IMG/VR virus record: IMGVR_UViG_3300020045_006425 | Location: 1-29,347 of that record | Length of the DNA stretch: 29,347 nt | From: a virus | Lineage: Duplodnaviria > Caudoviricetes | Strand: one strand, 5' to 3' | Shown: positions 1 to 9,673 of the stretch, piece after piece | How the letters are laid out: each line of letters begins with the position of its first letter | How positions within the stretch are numbered: position 1 is the stretch's first letter | Position numbers and translations under genes: made by a program | Notes under the pieces: generated by a model | Told to the model about the DNA's origin: nothing | What the model saw: only the letters and a program-made list of their open reading frames with translations | Databases searched by the model: none

Positions 1-121
1 ACGCACCAGCAAGCCATTAGTGACATGCTTGCTCAGCGTGACACACCATTGAATGAAATTAACGCGCTACAAAGTGGCTCACAGGTCAGTAACCCATTTG
101 CCAGTAATCTAGGTTATCAGG
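1..121 (+). repeat. Exact 121-bp copy of 1571-1691, joined to unrelated coding sequence (probable chimeric junction)
   Basis: Bases 1-121 are identical to 1571-1691. The match continues to 129/1699 with one mismatch (GATGGGATG vs GGTGGGATG), then diverges. Confidence 0.95.
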
Positions 122-593
122 ATGGGATGCGGAAGATTTCGCACTGTTCAATGGCGAACTGTATTACACGCAAGGCACTAAAACGATTAAGTGCTGGACT
201 GGCTACGCAGACCAAGGCGCAAACATTAACGCATACGCAAAAACAGCCTTTTCCTATTTTGGCTCAAAAGGCCAGAATAAGGCGTTTAAAATGTTCAGGC
301 CGGTGCTGTCGGTCAATGGCACATTAAACTTTCTGGTTGATATGGATGTTGATTTTGCAGACGCAGAATTATTTGGCTCGGCAACCTATTCAGTCACTCA
401 GTCAGGCTCATGGGATGTCAATTCCTGGGATGCTGCTTATTGGTCAAGCGGTCTACAAATCATAAAAAACTGGTCTAGTCCTTCGGCATGGACGGGATAT
501 TGTGCCGCCGGAAAAATGAAGATAGCGACTAACAGCCTAAACGTGCAATGGGTGAGTGTTGACTATGTTTATGAGGTCGGCAGTGGGCTTTAA
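120..593 (+). CDS. C-terminal fragment of a tail tubular / packaged-DNA-stabilization protein (5' truncated)
   Basis: ORF 291..593 stays open upstream to about 120 (GWDAEDFALFNGELYY...TAFSYFG...KMFRP) and ends in a Trp-rich WDVNSWDAAYW segment. It lies just upstream of the GNAT-like and ejection-protein genes, as in podovirus tail modules. Confidence 0.6.
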   Translation, partial: GWDAEDFALFNGELYYTQGTKTIKCWTGYADQGANINAYAKTAFSYFGSKGQNKAFKMFRPVLSVNGTLNFLVDMDVDFADAELFGSATYSVTQSGSWDVNSWDAAYWSSGLQIIKNWSSPSAWTGYCAAGKMKIATNSLNVQWVSVDYVYEVGSGL

Positions 594-1008
594 CATTATT
601 GATAATGACTGTCCTCGCTGTATAGCATGGATGGCCGCACAGACTGATAAGCCATGTTCTGACATGGTGTCGATGATAGGGCTAGAGCGCAACGGCGAAC
701 TGATCGCTGTCGCTGGTTATAACTGTTTCAACGGTAAATCATGCCAAATGCACATGACCATCAAACGTGGCGCTTATGTAACACGTAATTTTGTATGGTT
801 TGTTTGTTATTACCCATTCGTTCAGATCGGACTTGAACTGATTATCGGTATATTGCCGGAAGATAACGCCGACATTATCAAACTTGCTAAACATGCAGGT
901 TTCGAGGAAAAATATAGGGTAGACGGTGGACACCCTGACGGTGATTTACTGTTATGCACCATGAAAAAACAAGATTGTCGATTTTTAAACATTAAATTTA
1001 AAGGCTAA
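583..1008 (+). CDS. GNAT-fold acetyltransferase-like virion morphogenesis protein
   Basis: C-terminal N..IIKLAKHAGFEE resembles GNAT motif B. Its position between the tail tube and internal virion proteins is typical. GTG at 583 follows GAGG at 573-576 (the ORF track starts at 556). Confidence 0.6.
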   Translation: MGFNIIDNDCPRCIAWMAAQTDKPCSDMVSMIGLERNGELIAVAGYNCFNGKSCQMHMTIKRGAYVTRNFVWFVCYYPFVQIGLELIIGILPEDNADIIKLAKHAGFEEKYRVDGGHPDGDLLLCTMKKQDCRFLNIKFKG

Positions 1009-1012
1009 AACC

Positions 1013-1852
1013 ATGGGAAGTTCAGATCCAGCACCTGCTCCTGATTATGTAGGCGCAGCAAACGCACAGGGCGCGGCCAATATTGACGCGGCAGTAGCTA
1101 CAGGGCACATCAACAACCCGAATGTAACTAACCCTTATGGCTCTCAGACGACGACCTGGAACGGCAACGACCCGACCATAACGCAAACGCTGTCACCCGA
1201 GCAGCAACAGCTTTATGATAAAAGTATCCAGGCTAAAAATACGCTGATTGATACCGGCAATACACTGGCAAGAAATGTTCAAGGAACTTTAGGCAGTCCG
1301 TTAGATTTTAGCGGCTTACCCAAAGCCCCAACCAGCGCAAACAATACACGTGATGACGTGGTTAAGGCGATGATGAACCGTGTCGATTCTGATACCGCCG
1401 GGCAGCGTGACGCGACTAACTCGACATTGATAGCGCAGGGTATTAGACCTGGCACAGCGGCATACGGTACGGCAATGACCCAAATCGACCGACAATATAA
1501 TGACGCTCGAAGCAATGCAATATTAGCCGGTGGAACCGCAGCACAGCAAGACTACAATCAAAATATGGGAACGCACCAGCAAGCCATTAGTGACATGCTT
1601 GCTCAGCGTGACACACCATTGAATGAAATTAACGCGCTACAAAGTGGCTCACAGGTCAGTAACCCATTTGCCAGTAATCTAGGTTATCAGGGTGGGATGA
1701 GTGTAAACGCAGCGCCCATAGCGCAGGCAGTAACCAACCAGGGGCAGGCAGCGCAAAATGTCTATAACCAAGGGCAAGCCACGCAAAACGGCAATATTTC
1801 GGCAGGTGCCGGGATGGTCGGTGCGCTGGGTAGCGCGTACATAGGACGCTGA
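1013..1852 (+). CDS. Putative internal virion / DNA ejection (pilot) protein
   Basis: N-terminal MGSSDPAPAPDY..AA and NPNVTNPYGS, a Gln/Asn/Ala-rich helical body and a Gly/Ala hydrophobic C-terminus; first gene after the GNAT-like gene. Confidence 0.6.
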   Translation: MGSSDPAPAPDYVGAANAQGAANIDAAVATGHINNPNVTNPYGSQTTTWNGNDPTITQTLSPEQQQLYDKSIQAKNTLIDTGNTLARNVQGTLGSPLDFSGLPKAPTSANNTRDDVVKAMMNRVDSDTAGQRDATNSTLIAQGIRPGTAAYGTAMTQIDRQYNDARSNAILAGGTAAQQDYNQNMGTHQQAISDMLAQRDTPLNEINALQSGSQVSNPFASNLGYQGGMSVNAAPIAQAVTNQGQAAQNVYNQGQATQNGNISAGAGMVGALGSAYIGR

Positions 1853-2910
1853 TGGCTGGCGGGGGGATGATTGAGAAAATCAAGGCGCAGAACTTTGGCG
1901 AGAATGACTCGCAGATTATTAGCGCCCTGGCTCATCCAAAAACAGCCGCAACTAAGTTGTCCGAATGGCTAAAGCATCAAGTCAATACGGCAGCAGGTAA
2001 TCCGGTGCAGCCAACAGACGAGGGCGACATATACGCAAGCGCTCCCGATAGGTTTACCAGAGCCATGGCGGCTTTAAACGTGGCCGGATTCGCTGAGGGG
2101 GGTTCGATGCCTTTTGCGCCTAAGTCAGCAGGCGGGACGCTCGGCACATTTACCGGCCCGAAGTCAGCAATCTGGAACCATGACGCAGCAGCCACAGCTA
2201 CCAAATTGCTCGACAATGGCGCAGACCCGGCACAGGTTTGGAAAGATCATTTAATTGGGCGCTTACCTGATAGAAAGTTGTTTAGTGAGATTGATGATAG
2301 TCAGGCTCAATTAAACCCATCGGCACTGCGGGATTATCATAACGAAAGCTCATTAGTTAGGCAGTCAAGAATGATGAGTCACCCCAGCCTTGAATCGTCT
2401 TATCCTGATATGTCATCGATAGCATATCGAAAAGGAAATGATAGCGGGGCTTCGTACGTACCTGGTAGCGAGACAATTTATTTGCAAAAAGACGCTGGAC
2501 ATCCTGATATGTTCCCGCAAATGAGAGAAGACCTGGTTAAGTCTCCGGCGCTCCACGAACTACAGCACGCCATCCAAAACAAAGAAGGCTGGGCGCGTGG
2601 TGGTAGTTCCAAGGAATTTCACGACCTAACGCAAAAATCACCCATGCACCAATCTCTTGAAGATGTGCCGTATGAGCAGTTATCGCTTGATGAAAGAAGG
2701 GCTTTGATTAAGCTGAGAAATGATTTTAATAAACAAGAAAAGTTGTCTCCTTTTGACCAATATGAGCGACTAACCGGCGAAGCACAAGCCAGGGCCACAC
2801 AAGACCGGATGAGTCTTAACATGCAGCAAAGGCGCGACGCGTACCCGCTGGCCGGGGATAAATTAAGCGACATCCCCTTAAGTCGGCTTATATACAGGTA
2901 TCGCCAATGA
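1852..2910 (+). CDS. LPD23-like domain plus zincin-type (HExxH) metallopeptidase-like domain
   Basis: Motifs GRLPDRKLFSEIDDS, LHELQHAIQNKEGWARGGS and YERLTGEAQARATQDR match my recollection of LPD23 proteins with an adjacent HExxH domain. Confidence 0.7.
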   Translation: MAGGGMIEKIKAQNFGENDSQIISALAHPKTAATKLSEWLKHQVNTAAGNPVQPTDEGDIYASAPDRFTRAMAALNVAGFAEGGSMPFAPKSAGGTLGTFTGPKSAIWNHDAAATATKLLDNGADPAQVWKDHLIGRLPDRKLFSEIDDSQAQLNPSALRDYHNESSLVRQSRMMSHPSLESSYPDMSSIAYRKGNDSGASYVPGSETIYLQKDAGHPDMFPQMREDLVKSPALHELQHAIQNKEGWARGGSSKEFHDLTQKSPMHQSLEDVPYEQLSLDERRALIKLRNDFNKQEKLSPFDQYERLTGEAQARATQDRMSLNMQQRRDAYPLAGDKLSDIPLSRLIYRYRQ

Positions 2911-3824
2911 TTAATTACGGAGACTGGCGCGAAACTGAGAAGTTAGCAGGCTCAAACGCTTGGCAAAACCCCCACTCTAATGCGTTTGGGGGAATGTTAC
3001 GCGCACTTGACCCGATGACCTATGTTCCCGGTGTTGGCTCTGTTTCCAATGCCGTACATGATGTGGGTGGTGAAGTCGTCACGGGGCTTAATACAGCGCT
3101 ATCGCCGATAGTAAAAGGCACAAACGACGTATTGAAAACTGTCAGCCCCGGCGTTCAATATCTTGAAGATCACACCATGATGGGCGGCATCAACCGCTTT
3201 GCCGAAAATAAACCGGCTGATGCTTTAGCGCTGGCAGCGGCGACATTTTTCTCGGCAGGCGCGGCAAGTTCGGCAATGGGGGCGGGTGCAACCGCAGCAG
3301 CGCCGGCGGCCAGTGGCGGAGCAGGTGCGGCAGGGGGCATGGCTGGCTATGGGGCGGCAGGTTCGGCAGCACTAACCCCGGCGCTTAGTTCTGGCGCGGT
3401 GACTGGCTCAGGAATGGGGGTAGGCGTAGCAGGCTCGACTACGGGCAGTTTAGTGGGAGCAAGTGCAATTACCCCGGCGTTAAGCTCCGGTGCTTATGGC
3501 GGCATAGCTGGCGCATCAGGCTTAGGAACGCTAGGCACAGCAGGCACAGCGGCAGCTACCAGCGCACTAACCCCAGCGCTTACCTCGCTTGGCACAGGCG
3601 CAAGCTTTATGAGTAAGCTAAAGCCAATGATAGACAAGGCCAAGACCGCAAACAGTTATAAAAATAGCTTTAGCAATCAGGCCATGCCGGACAGAGACAG
3701 GATTAACGCTACTGCTCAGGCCGACAACCTGGCAAGGGCAATTGTCGGCTCAGATAGCGAACCGGCTGGCAACAACAGAATCACCAACCAAATTGTAATG
3801 AACCGTTTTGGGATGCGTAAATAA
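2907..3824 (+). CDS. Gly/Ala-rich putative ejection / membrane-penetrating virion protein
   Basis: Long hydrophobic Gly/Ala/Ser tract with three A(L/I)TPAL(S/T)S repeats; stop/start overlaps with both neighbours. Confidence 0.55.
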   Translation: MINYGDWRETEKLAGSNAWQNPHSNAFGGMLRALDPMTYVPGVGSVSNAVHDVGGEVVTGLNTALSPIVKGTNDVLKTVSPGVQYLEDHTMMGGINRFAENKPADALALAAATFFSAGAASSAMGAGATAAAPAASGGAGAAGGMAGYGAAGSAALTPALSSGAVTGSGMGVGVAGSTTGSLVGASAITPALSSGAYGGIAGASGLGTLGTAGTAAATSALTPALTSLGTGASFMSKLKPMIDKAKTANSYKNSFSNQAMPDRDRINATAQADNLARAIVGSDSEPAGNNRITNQIVMNRFGMRK

Positions 3825-5005
3825 TGGCCACACTAGACGACGAACAAGCGGCAATAAACCGCCGACAAAGAATAGCAGAAATGCTAATGCAGCAAGGACA
3901 ACAGCCACTTGAAACAAATCAGGTGGCCGGTGGTTATGTTGTGCCAGTCTCACCAATGGCCGGGGTTGCTAAAGTAGCGCAACAATTAGCCGGGGCATAC
4001 CTGGGCAAAAAAGCTGATGAGCGTCAAACGGCATTGGCTGATAAAAAGCTGGCTGATGTGGCGAGCATCGATTTAAGCGCCCCCGACCTGTCAAGTCAAC
4101 TTATGAAACGTGGCATGGTGACAGAAGCATTGGCTGCACAAAAAGACGCTGGTAAGGTGCATCGTGAAGGCATACCGGCGGGGTTTAATGCTACAGACGG
4201 CGGCGGAATAGCGCCGATGCCTATGGCGAATGGAAGCGACTATGGACAGTTTTTATTGCAACAAGCAGGCGCAAAAGCACAAATACCGTCCTACGGTGAG
4301 CCTCAAAAGCTGGCTATTGCTCAGGATTCAAACGCTATGGCACATGAAACGCAAGCCAGAGCAGAAAAAGCGCAACAAATGGACATGACCCGCTTGCAAA
4401 TGCAACAGGACGCACAAGCAAGGGCAGAAGCCACAGCGGCAGATAATAAACTGCAAAACATCCCGGCCACGCATAGAATGGCCTACGCAGAAAATGACAA
4501 CGCTCTTAGGAAAATTGATGAGGCTATAGAAAAAATAAAAGCTAATCCTAAGGCGATGGGTTATCAAAACTCGTTTGGCGATAATATTTCTCAGCGACTT
4601 GACCCCAACGGCGTTCCGGTTAGGGCGGCAATAGCAGAAATTGGCGGCGTTAAATTGCATGATTTATCAGGGGCAGCGGTAGCAGCAAGCGAAGCGCCAA
4701 GGCTAATGCCGCTAATCCCTCTAACTACAGACACACCTGATGCGGCTATTGCTAAGTTACAGAGCCTTAAAAATGAATATAGCGGCATAAACACGCAGAT
4801 TGAGGGGATGTATTCTGGTAATGAATATCGCAACCCGATCAAGGTAAAGCAGCACATAAACGTCGATATTAAAGGAAAGTTATCACCAGAAGATCAAAAA
4901 TTATTAGATGCTGATATTGCAAAAGAACAAGCTAAGCAAGCACCAAAAGACATAGGCGCAGATGACCCCGCCTATCAGGAATATTTACGGAGCCATAACA
5001 AATGA
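3824..5005 (+). CDS. Putative DNA transfer / ejection protein
   Basis: 393-aa helical Ala/Gln-rich ORF with N-terminal RRQRIAEML and VAGGYVVPVSP; coupled overlaps within the internal-virion cluster. Confidence 0.55.
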   Translation: MATLDDEQAAINRRQRIAEMLMQQGQQPLETNQVAGGYVVPVSPMAGVAKVAQQLAGAYLGKKADERQTALADKKLADVASIDLSAPDLSSQLMKRGMVTEALAAQKDAGKVHREGIPAGFNATDGGGIAPMPMANGSDYGQFLLQQAGAKAQIPSYGEPQKLAIAQDSNAMAHETQARAEKAQQMDMTRLQMQQDAQARAEATAADNKLQNIPATHRMAYAENDNALRKIDEAIEKIKANPKAMGYQNSFGDNISQRLDPNGVPVRAAIAEIGGVKLHDLSGAAVAASEAPRLMPLIPLTTDTPDAAIAKLQSLKNEYSGINTQIEGMYSGNEYRNPIKVKQHINVDIKGKLSPEDQKLLDADIAKEQAKQAPKDIGADDPAYQEYLRSHNK

Positions 5006-6507
5006 GTGAGCCATTAAGTTATGCTGATTGGAAAGCACAAAAAGAAAAGCCGCTAGCCTATGCCGAATGGAAGGCTACACAAAAAGAATTGCCGCCGGTA
5101 AACCGATTTTTAAATGGTGTGGGTGGCAAAGTCCTAGACGCGGCAAGCGGTGTGGCTGAATTGTTGCCGGGTGTCAGCGATCAAAACCCCATAGCACAGG
5201 CAGCACAAGGCGGATTGAGTAAGTCCAGAGGGATTGCGGGAGAGGCTGGTAAGCTTGTCGGCGGTGCAGTTCCCTATATGGCGCTACCAGAGGGAATAAT
5301 TCCATCAGCGTTGGCGGCGGCTGGAATAGGCGCAGCTACTGGTCATGGAGGCATTGAGTACAGAGCCAGAACGGGCGCAATATCTGGCGGGACTCAGGCA
5401 GTAGCGGGCGCAGCAATACCGGCAATTAGCCAGCTTGGCAGAATGACTGGTCATGTTATTGGTGATCTGGGGACGCACACAGGCGGCGAGACTATAAAGG
5501 ACGCGGCTAGAGCTGGCTATACTGGCGGTGATAAACTAAATACATTGCTTGATAATATGCGCGGCAAAGTATCGCAGACGGCTATTATTGATATGGAGAA
5601 AAAGGCGTTAGGTAATTTGGCGAAAAATGACAGGTCAGCCTATACCAACGCCATTAATGCTGTAAAGCAAGACCAGACAGTTTTGAATTTTTTACCTATT
5701 CAAAAAGCCGTTGATGATTCCATGAATATCAGCCGCTTTAATGGTCACTCTATTAATCCCGATGCAGCCTCGGTACAGTCAAAAGTTGCTAATGCTATTG
5801 ATGAATGGAGCGGCAAAGGAATACCGGGAGCATCTAAGTTCAACATCAATACAAATCAATGGGAAACACCAATTGTTCCCGGTGTTGATGTAAATAAATT
5901 CCATACGATTGAAGGACTTGATGCGTTAAAGAAAAAAATAGGAAATATTCGCGAGGGCACAGAGTTTGGAAGCCCAGACAGAGCCGTTGCAAATCAGGTT
6001 TACACGTCAATTAAAGATGCAATAGTTGCACAGAGTCCAGCTTATGCAAAGGTTATGAAGGACTCAAGCAATGCCATAAAGCTGCGTAAGGAAATAACAA
6101 AAGAGCTTAGTCTAGGCGAGAACGCGCTTGATTCTACGGCGCTTAGAAAATCATTGGCAATACCAAGAAATAACGCAAATACAAATTATGGGCAGCGCGA
6201 AAGCCTAGCCAAGATACTAGAGTCTAATGGTGCTGAAAATTTAATGACCGCTTTAAATGGGCAGGCACTAAATTCTTGGAAACCTCGAGGATTAGGAAGC
6301 CTAGTTGCCAGTGGAATCGGCGGTGCAGGAGTGGCAACAGGAAGCCCCGTAGCAATACCCCTAATGATGACACAATCACCTAGATTAATGGGCGAGGTCG
6401 CTGTGAAAGCAGGGCAAAGCACAAAACTACTTGAAAAATCACTTGCGCTAAAAGGTGTTAAACCGGCGATCATTAGCGCCATACTGCAACAACAGGAGCA
6501 AAAATAA
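5002..6507 (+). CDS. Putative large DNA transfer / ejection protein
   Basis: 501 aa with Gly/Ala hydrophobic segments near both ends and a C-terminal SPRLMGE; last gene before the tail fibre. Confidence 0.55.
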   Translation: MSEPLSYADWKAQKEKPLAYAEWKATQKELPPVNRFLNGVGGKVLDAASGVAELLPGVSDQNPIAQAAQGGLSKSRGIAGEAGKLVGGAVPYMALPEGIIPSALAAAGIGAATGHGGIEYRARTGAISGGTQAVAGAAIPAISQLGRMTGHVIGDLGTHTGGETIKDAARAGYTGGDKLNTLLDNMRGKVSQTAIIDMEKKALGNLAKNDRSAYTNAINAVKQDQTVLNFLPIQKAVDDSMNISRFNGHSINPDAASVQSKVANAIDEWSGKGIPGASKFNINTNQWETPIVPGVDVNKFHTIEGLDALKKKIGNIREGTEFGSPDRAVANQVYTSIKDAIVAQSPAYAKVMKDSSNAIKLRKEITKELSLGENALDSTALRKSLAIPRNNANTNYGQRESLAKILESNGAENLMTALNGQALNSWKPRGLGSLVASGIGGAGVATGSPVAIPLMMTQSPRLMGEVAVKAGQSTKLLEKSLALKGVKPAIISAILQQQEQK

Positions 6508-7508
6508 TGAGAAACGGCAGCGGCGTACAATCTTCACCAGGGTCGTCATTTCCAGCGGTAGCCAATACGCTGATTGAATCGACCAAATTTAACAATGTCA
6601 TAACCGATATTAATAACGCACTAACACAGTCTGTCTCGAACGATGGGCAAACTCCGATATTGGCTAATTTGCCCATGGGTGGATTTAAGCATACCGGGGC
6701 GGCAGCAGCAAGTGCAAACGGTGAGTATTTAGAGTATTCACAAAGAAATACCATTCCGGGTAAAAACTTGCTCATTAATACTAATTTTTCCGTTAATCAA
6801 AAGGAGGTTTCCGGGGCCGTTGTTCTTGCCGCTGGCGAGTATGGGCACGACGGGTTTGCAGGTGGTGCCGGTGGATGCACGTATACTTTTGCTACCGCTT
6901 TAAATGTAACCACGCTCACAATAACCGCTGGAACTCTTTATCAGCTTGCTGACGGGCAAAACTTGCAATCAGGAACGCACACGCTGTCATGGACGGGAAC
7001 GGCGCTAGCACGTATTGGCGCGGGCGCTTATAGTGCCTCTGGTGTTACCGGAACAGCCGTAGGCGGCACGAATCAGAGTTGTGAGTGGGGAACTGGAACG
7101 CTAAGTAAAGTTAAATATGAGGCTGGCGCTATTGCAACACTATTCGTTCCGCTGAAATACGATGAATACTTGTCTGAATGCCAATATTATTTGCCTGCAA
7201 TTATTAATCAGGCTGGGTATGTTTTTGCAGGGCAATGCGTCAATCCAACCACAGCGATTTTTACCATTCCGTTTCCGGTAAAATGCCGGGTGCCTCCAAC
7301 ATCAATGTCAATTAGCTCACAGGTGCTATCTGCGATATGGGACGCTAATTCAGGCGGGGTGGCATCGACATCTATAGGTCTAAACGCCGCGACTAATATA
7401 GCGGCGGCTATAGCCATAACGATCGGGTCTAATAGCCTGGTGGCGGGCAATGCATCTATATTAAATTTAGGTGCAACATCGATATTGTTTCTCGGCGCAC
7501 AGCTATGA
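6507..7508 (+). CDS. Tail fibre / receptor-binding protein
   Basis: N-terminal MRNGSG...DINNALTQS...DGQTP..ANLPMGGFK anchor-like region, then KNLLINTNFSVNQ and ECQYY motifs seen in phage fibres; Gly/Thr/Ala-rich. Confidence 0.75.
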   Translation: MRNGSGVQSSPGSSFPAVANTLIESTKFNNVITDINNALTQSVSNDGQTPILANLPMGGFKHTGAAAASANGEYLEYSQRNTIPGKNLLINTNFSVNQKEVSGAVVLAAGEYGHDGFAGGAGGCTYTFATALNVTTLTITAGTLYQLADGQNLQSGTHTLSWTGTALARIGAGAYSASGVTGTAVGGTNQSCEWGTGTLSKVKYEAGAIATLFVPLKYDEYLSECQYYLPAIINQAGYVFAGQCVNPTTAIFTIPFPVKCRVPPTSMSISSQVLSAIWDANSGGVASTSIGLNAATNIAAAIAITIGSNSLVAGNASILNLGATSILFLGAQL

Positions 7509-7789
7509 ACCCTCAACAACTTGCAGAACTAAAACAGAAGCTTATCAGTCAAATAGTCGCTAAAAAGTGGCAAAATCTAAACGATTTAGATTTAGATTTA
7601 GGGTATAATTTGCTATCAGTTGAGCAAAAAAACACCATTGCAAAATCATTAACCAGTGGCGACCATTCAGCATTAGAGCTTATCCGTAGTTTTTTGATTG
7701 AAAAAATTACTGAGAAAGCCACACTTGCGGCAGATGAGTTTATAGTTAATAACCCCAGTGCGGCTGTATTTGTCGCTAACATACTTTAG
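7505..7789 (+). CDS. Hypothetical protein (possible fibre-associated protein)
   Basis: 94-aa ORF with a 4-nt overlap on the fibre stop codon. Confidence 0.6.
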   Translation: MNPQQLAELKQKLISQIVAKKWQNLNDLDLDLGYNLLSVEQKNTIAKSLTSGDHSALELIRSFLIEKITEKATLAADEFIVNNPSAAVFVANIL

Positions 7790-7797
7790 GAGTAGGC

Positions 7798-9117
7798 ATG
7801 GCCGAATATAGCGACATCGTTAAACCCGCATCGAAATCAAAATCGACTGACGTTACGAATTTAGACACCCTAGCCGACATTCAAGCAGGCGCAACGGGGG
7901 TGTTTCAGGTAGGCAATCAGCTTTATTTTGGGGATGGGGTTGATTTGTATAGTAACGACGGGATGCCAGTGATTCGCAACATTGCCAACCGTTGTGCTTT
8001 CAATTTCTCTGGTCAAAGTACTGGTGTTGCTTACATAAATAGCCGGTCTGGGCATAGAAATTTCTCGGATATAACGCAAACTGCATTAAAAGTTACAGTT
8101 CAAAATTATATTAGCAACGAAGTAACAACAACGTCAGCAATGAGCGTAAAAGCGGCTATTGAATACCCAGCCGGAACCTATACGAGATTACAGTTTAGCG
8201 GAGCTGATACTGGCTCTGCATCTGCGGGCACTATTCTGACGTCTGATTTTGCAACATTGGCGAGGCCAATCCCTCCAGGTGCTTTATTTTGGGTGCGAAT
8301 TTTTGCTACTAATCTGTCTGGGGTTCCATATTCAAGCGGGCAAAATATATCTTCCGTTGATTCGATGTATTATTCTGGCGCTGGCAGTCCTATCATCGAT
8401 GCAACGATGGGCGCAGTTAGCGCGGGCGGTGGTAGCCCTAATCCTAGTTGCATTAGGCCGCTTGAAGTTATTGGGTACTCAAACAATCCCGCTATCGTGA
8501 CAATTGGCGATAGTCGCTGCGCAGGGTTAGGCGATAGCTCGTCAGATAATAAAGGCAACAATGGGTATTTAGAGAGAGCATATAACCCATATTTTGCACA
8601 TACAAATCTAGCGGTGTCTGGCGACAGTTTAAACAATTTCATGATTGGCTCACAACATATTCAGCGTGGACTTATCATTAATAGAGCCACACATATTATC
8701 TGTGAGTACGGTATTAACGACATTACCGCGTTAGCGCTACCGTTAGCGACGGTACAATCAAACATATCAGATCTAAGTGATTTATATCCAACAAAGAAGA
8801 TTTATTTAACAACCCTAGACCCCTACACGACAGGAGCATGGACAGCGACAAATGGGCTGGATCAAATAGTACATTTAAAAGAATCGGTAAGAGTTGCATA
8901 TAACACATGGGTTAGAGGTGGTGCAGCATACCCAGCAACTGCCAATATTTGCGGCTATTTTGATGTTGCGTCAATTCTTGAGTCGTCCGCAAACCCAGGT
9001 AAATGGGTATCGAACGGTGTCCCAGGCTATACCACGACTGACGGTGTTCACGCTAGTACAACAGGTAATGTTTTAGCTGGCATAGATTCAATTTTTAAAC
9101 CTTGGTTGCTTAAATAA
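7798..9117 (+). CDS. SGNH/GDSL hydrolase-domain tail protein (putative polysaccharide deacetylase)
   Basis: All four SGNH blocks are visible: TIGDSR, NLAVSG, EYGINDI and DGVH. RBS AGGAG lies upstream. Confidence 0.85.
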   Translation: MAEYSDIVKPASKSKSTDVTNLDTLADIQAGATGVFQVGNQLYFGDGVDLYSNDGMPVIRNIANRCAFNFSGQSTGVAYINSRSGHRNFSDITQTALKVTVQNYISNEVTTTSAMSVKAAIEYPAGTYTRLQFSGADTGSASAGTILTSDFATLARPIPPGALFWVRIFATNLSGVPYSSGQNISSVDSMYYSGAGSPIIDATMGAVSAGGGSPNPSCIRPLEVIGYSNNPAIVTIGDSRCAGLGDSSSDNKGNNGYLERAYNPYFAHTNLAVSGDSLNNFMIGSQHIQRGLIINRATHIICEYGINDITALALPLATVQSNISDLSDLYPTKKIYLTTLDPYTTGAWTATNGLDQIVHLKESVRVAYNTWVRGGAAYPATANICGYFDVASILESSANPGKWVSNGVPGYTTTDGVHASTTGNVLAGIDSIFKPWLLK

Positions 9118-9156
9118 TGCAAACCCTAGCAATCTACGCACTCCATGGAGCAACCA

Positions 9157-9429
9157 ATGATTGATTTATACCTACTCGCGACAATATCGGCGCTCATCCT
9201 CGGTCTGTTTGCCTGGGGCAAGATTAATGCAAGCATTGCCAAAGCTGAGCGCGTTAAAGCAGCAGCCGCTACAGCGTCGGCAGTATCAGCCAAGGCCGCA
9301 ATCGATCAGCTATCGAGAACCGCTGAGGACCGCGAATCGGCACGTCAACGCGCTTATGTGCAGCAACGCACCGAGCAGGCCGATATCGACGTTGGAACGC
9401 GCAACCAATTCGACACGGATGGATTTTGA
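9157..9429 (+). CDS. Putative inner-membrane spanin (Rz-like)
   Basis: N-terminal TM helix (LYLLATISALILGLFAW) followed by an Ala-rich coiled coil. GGAG at 9147-9150 favours ATG 9157. Directly upstream of a lipoprotein gene. Confidence 0.65.
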   Translation: MIDLYLLATISALILGLFAWGKINASIAKAERVKAAAATASAVSAKAAIDQLSRTAEDRESARQRAYVQQRTEQADIDVGTRNQFDTDGF

Positions 9430-9430
9430 C

Positions 9431-9673
9431 ATGAGAATATTTTTACTCTGCTTAATGCTGGTGGCATGTACGCCGGCTATCCAAACCGAATACATCACCA
9501 CTCCACTCAGTCACGATCCTAGGCCGCTATTGCCTAAAATAACGTCTCAGGAACTGGCGTGTCTGGATAAAGTAACTTATCAAAAACTATTCGACCGGCA
9601 GCGGCTTATCATCAACTATGTTATCGATATTGAGGCGGTAGTAGATAGCACAAAACCAGCGGTGAAAAAATGA
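9431..9673 (+). CDS. Putative outer-membrane spanin lipoprotein (Rz1-like)
   Basis: MRIFLLCLMLVAC signal with lipobox LVAC, then a Pro-containing segment; starts just after the i-spanin stop. Confidence 0.7.
   Translation: MRIFLLCLMLVACTPAIQTEYITTPLSHDPRPLLPKITSQELACLDKVTYQKLFDRQRLIINYVIDIEAVVDSTKPAVKK

Noticed and set aside
25-327. 100-aa ORF at the window start
   Set aside because: Chimeric: about 32 codons copied from the pilot gene, then out-of-frame tail-tube sequence.
1-1699. Duplication as a DGR template/variable repeat pair
   Set aside because: The copies are identical over 121 nt rather than differing at many adenines, and no reverse transcriptase is present in the window.
9161-9430. 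Upstream half of the 170-aa ORF 9161..9673
   Set aside because: It overlaps the i-spanin out of frame; the lipoprotein signal starts at ATG 9431.
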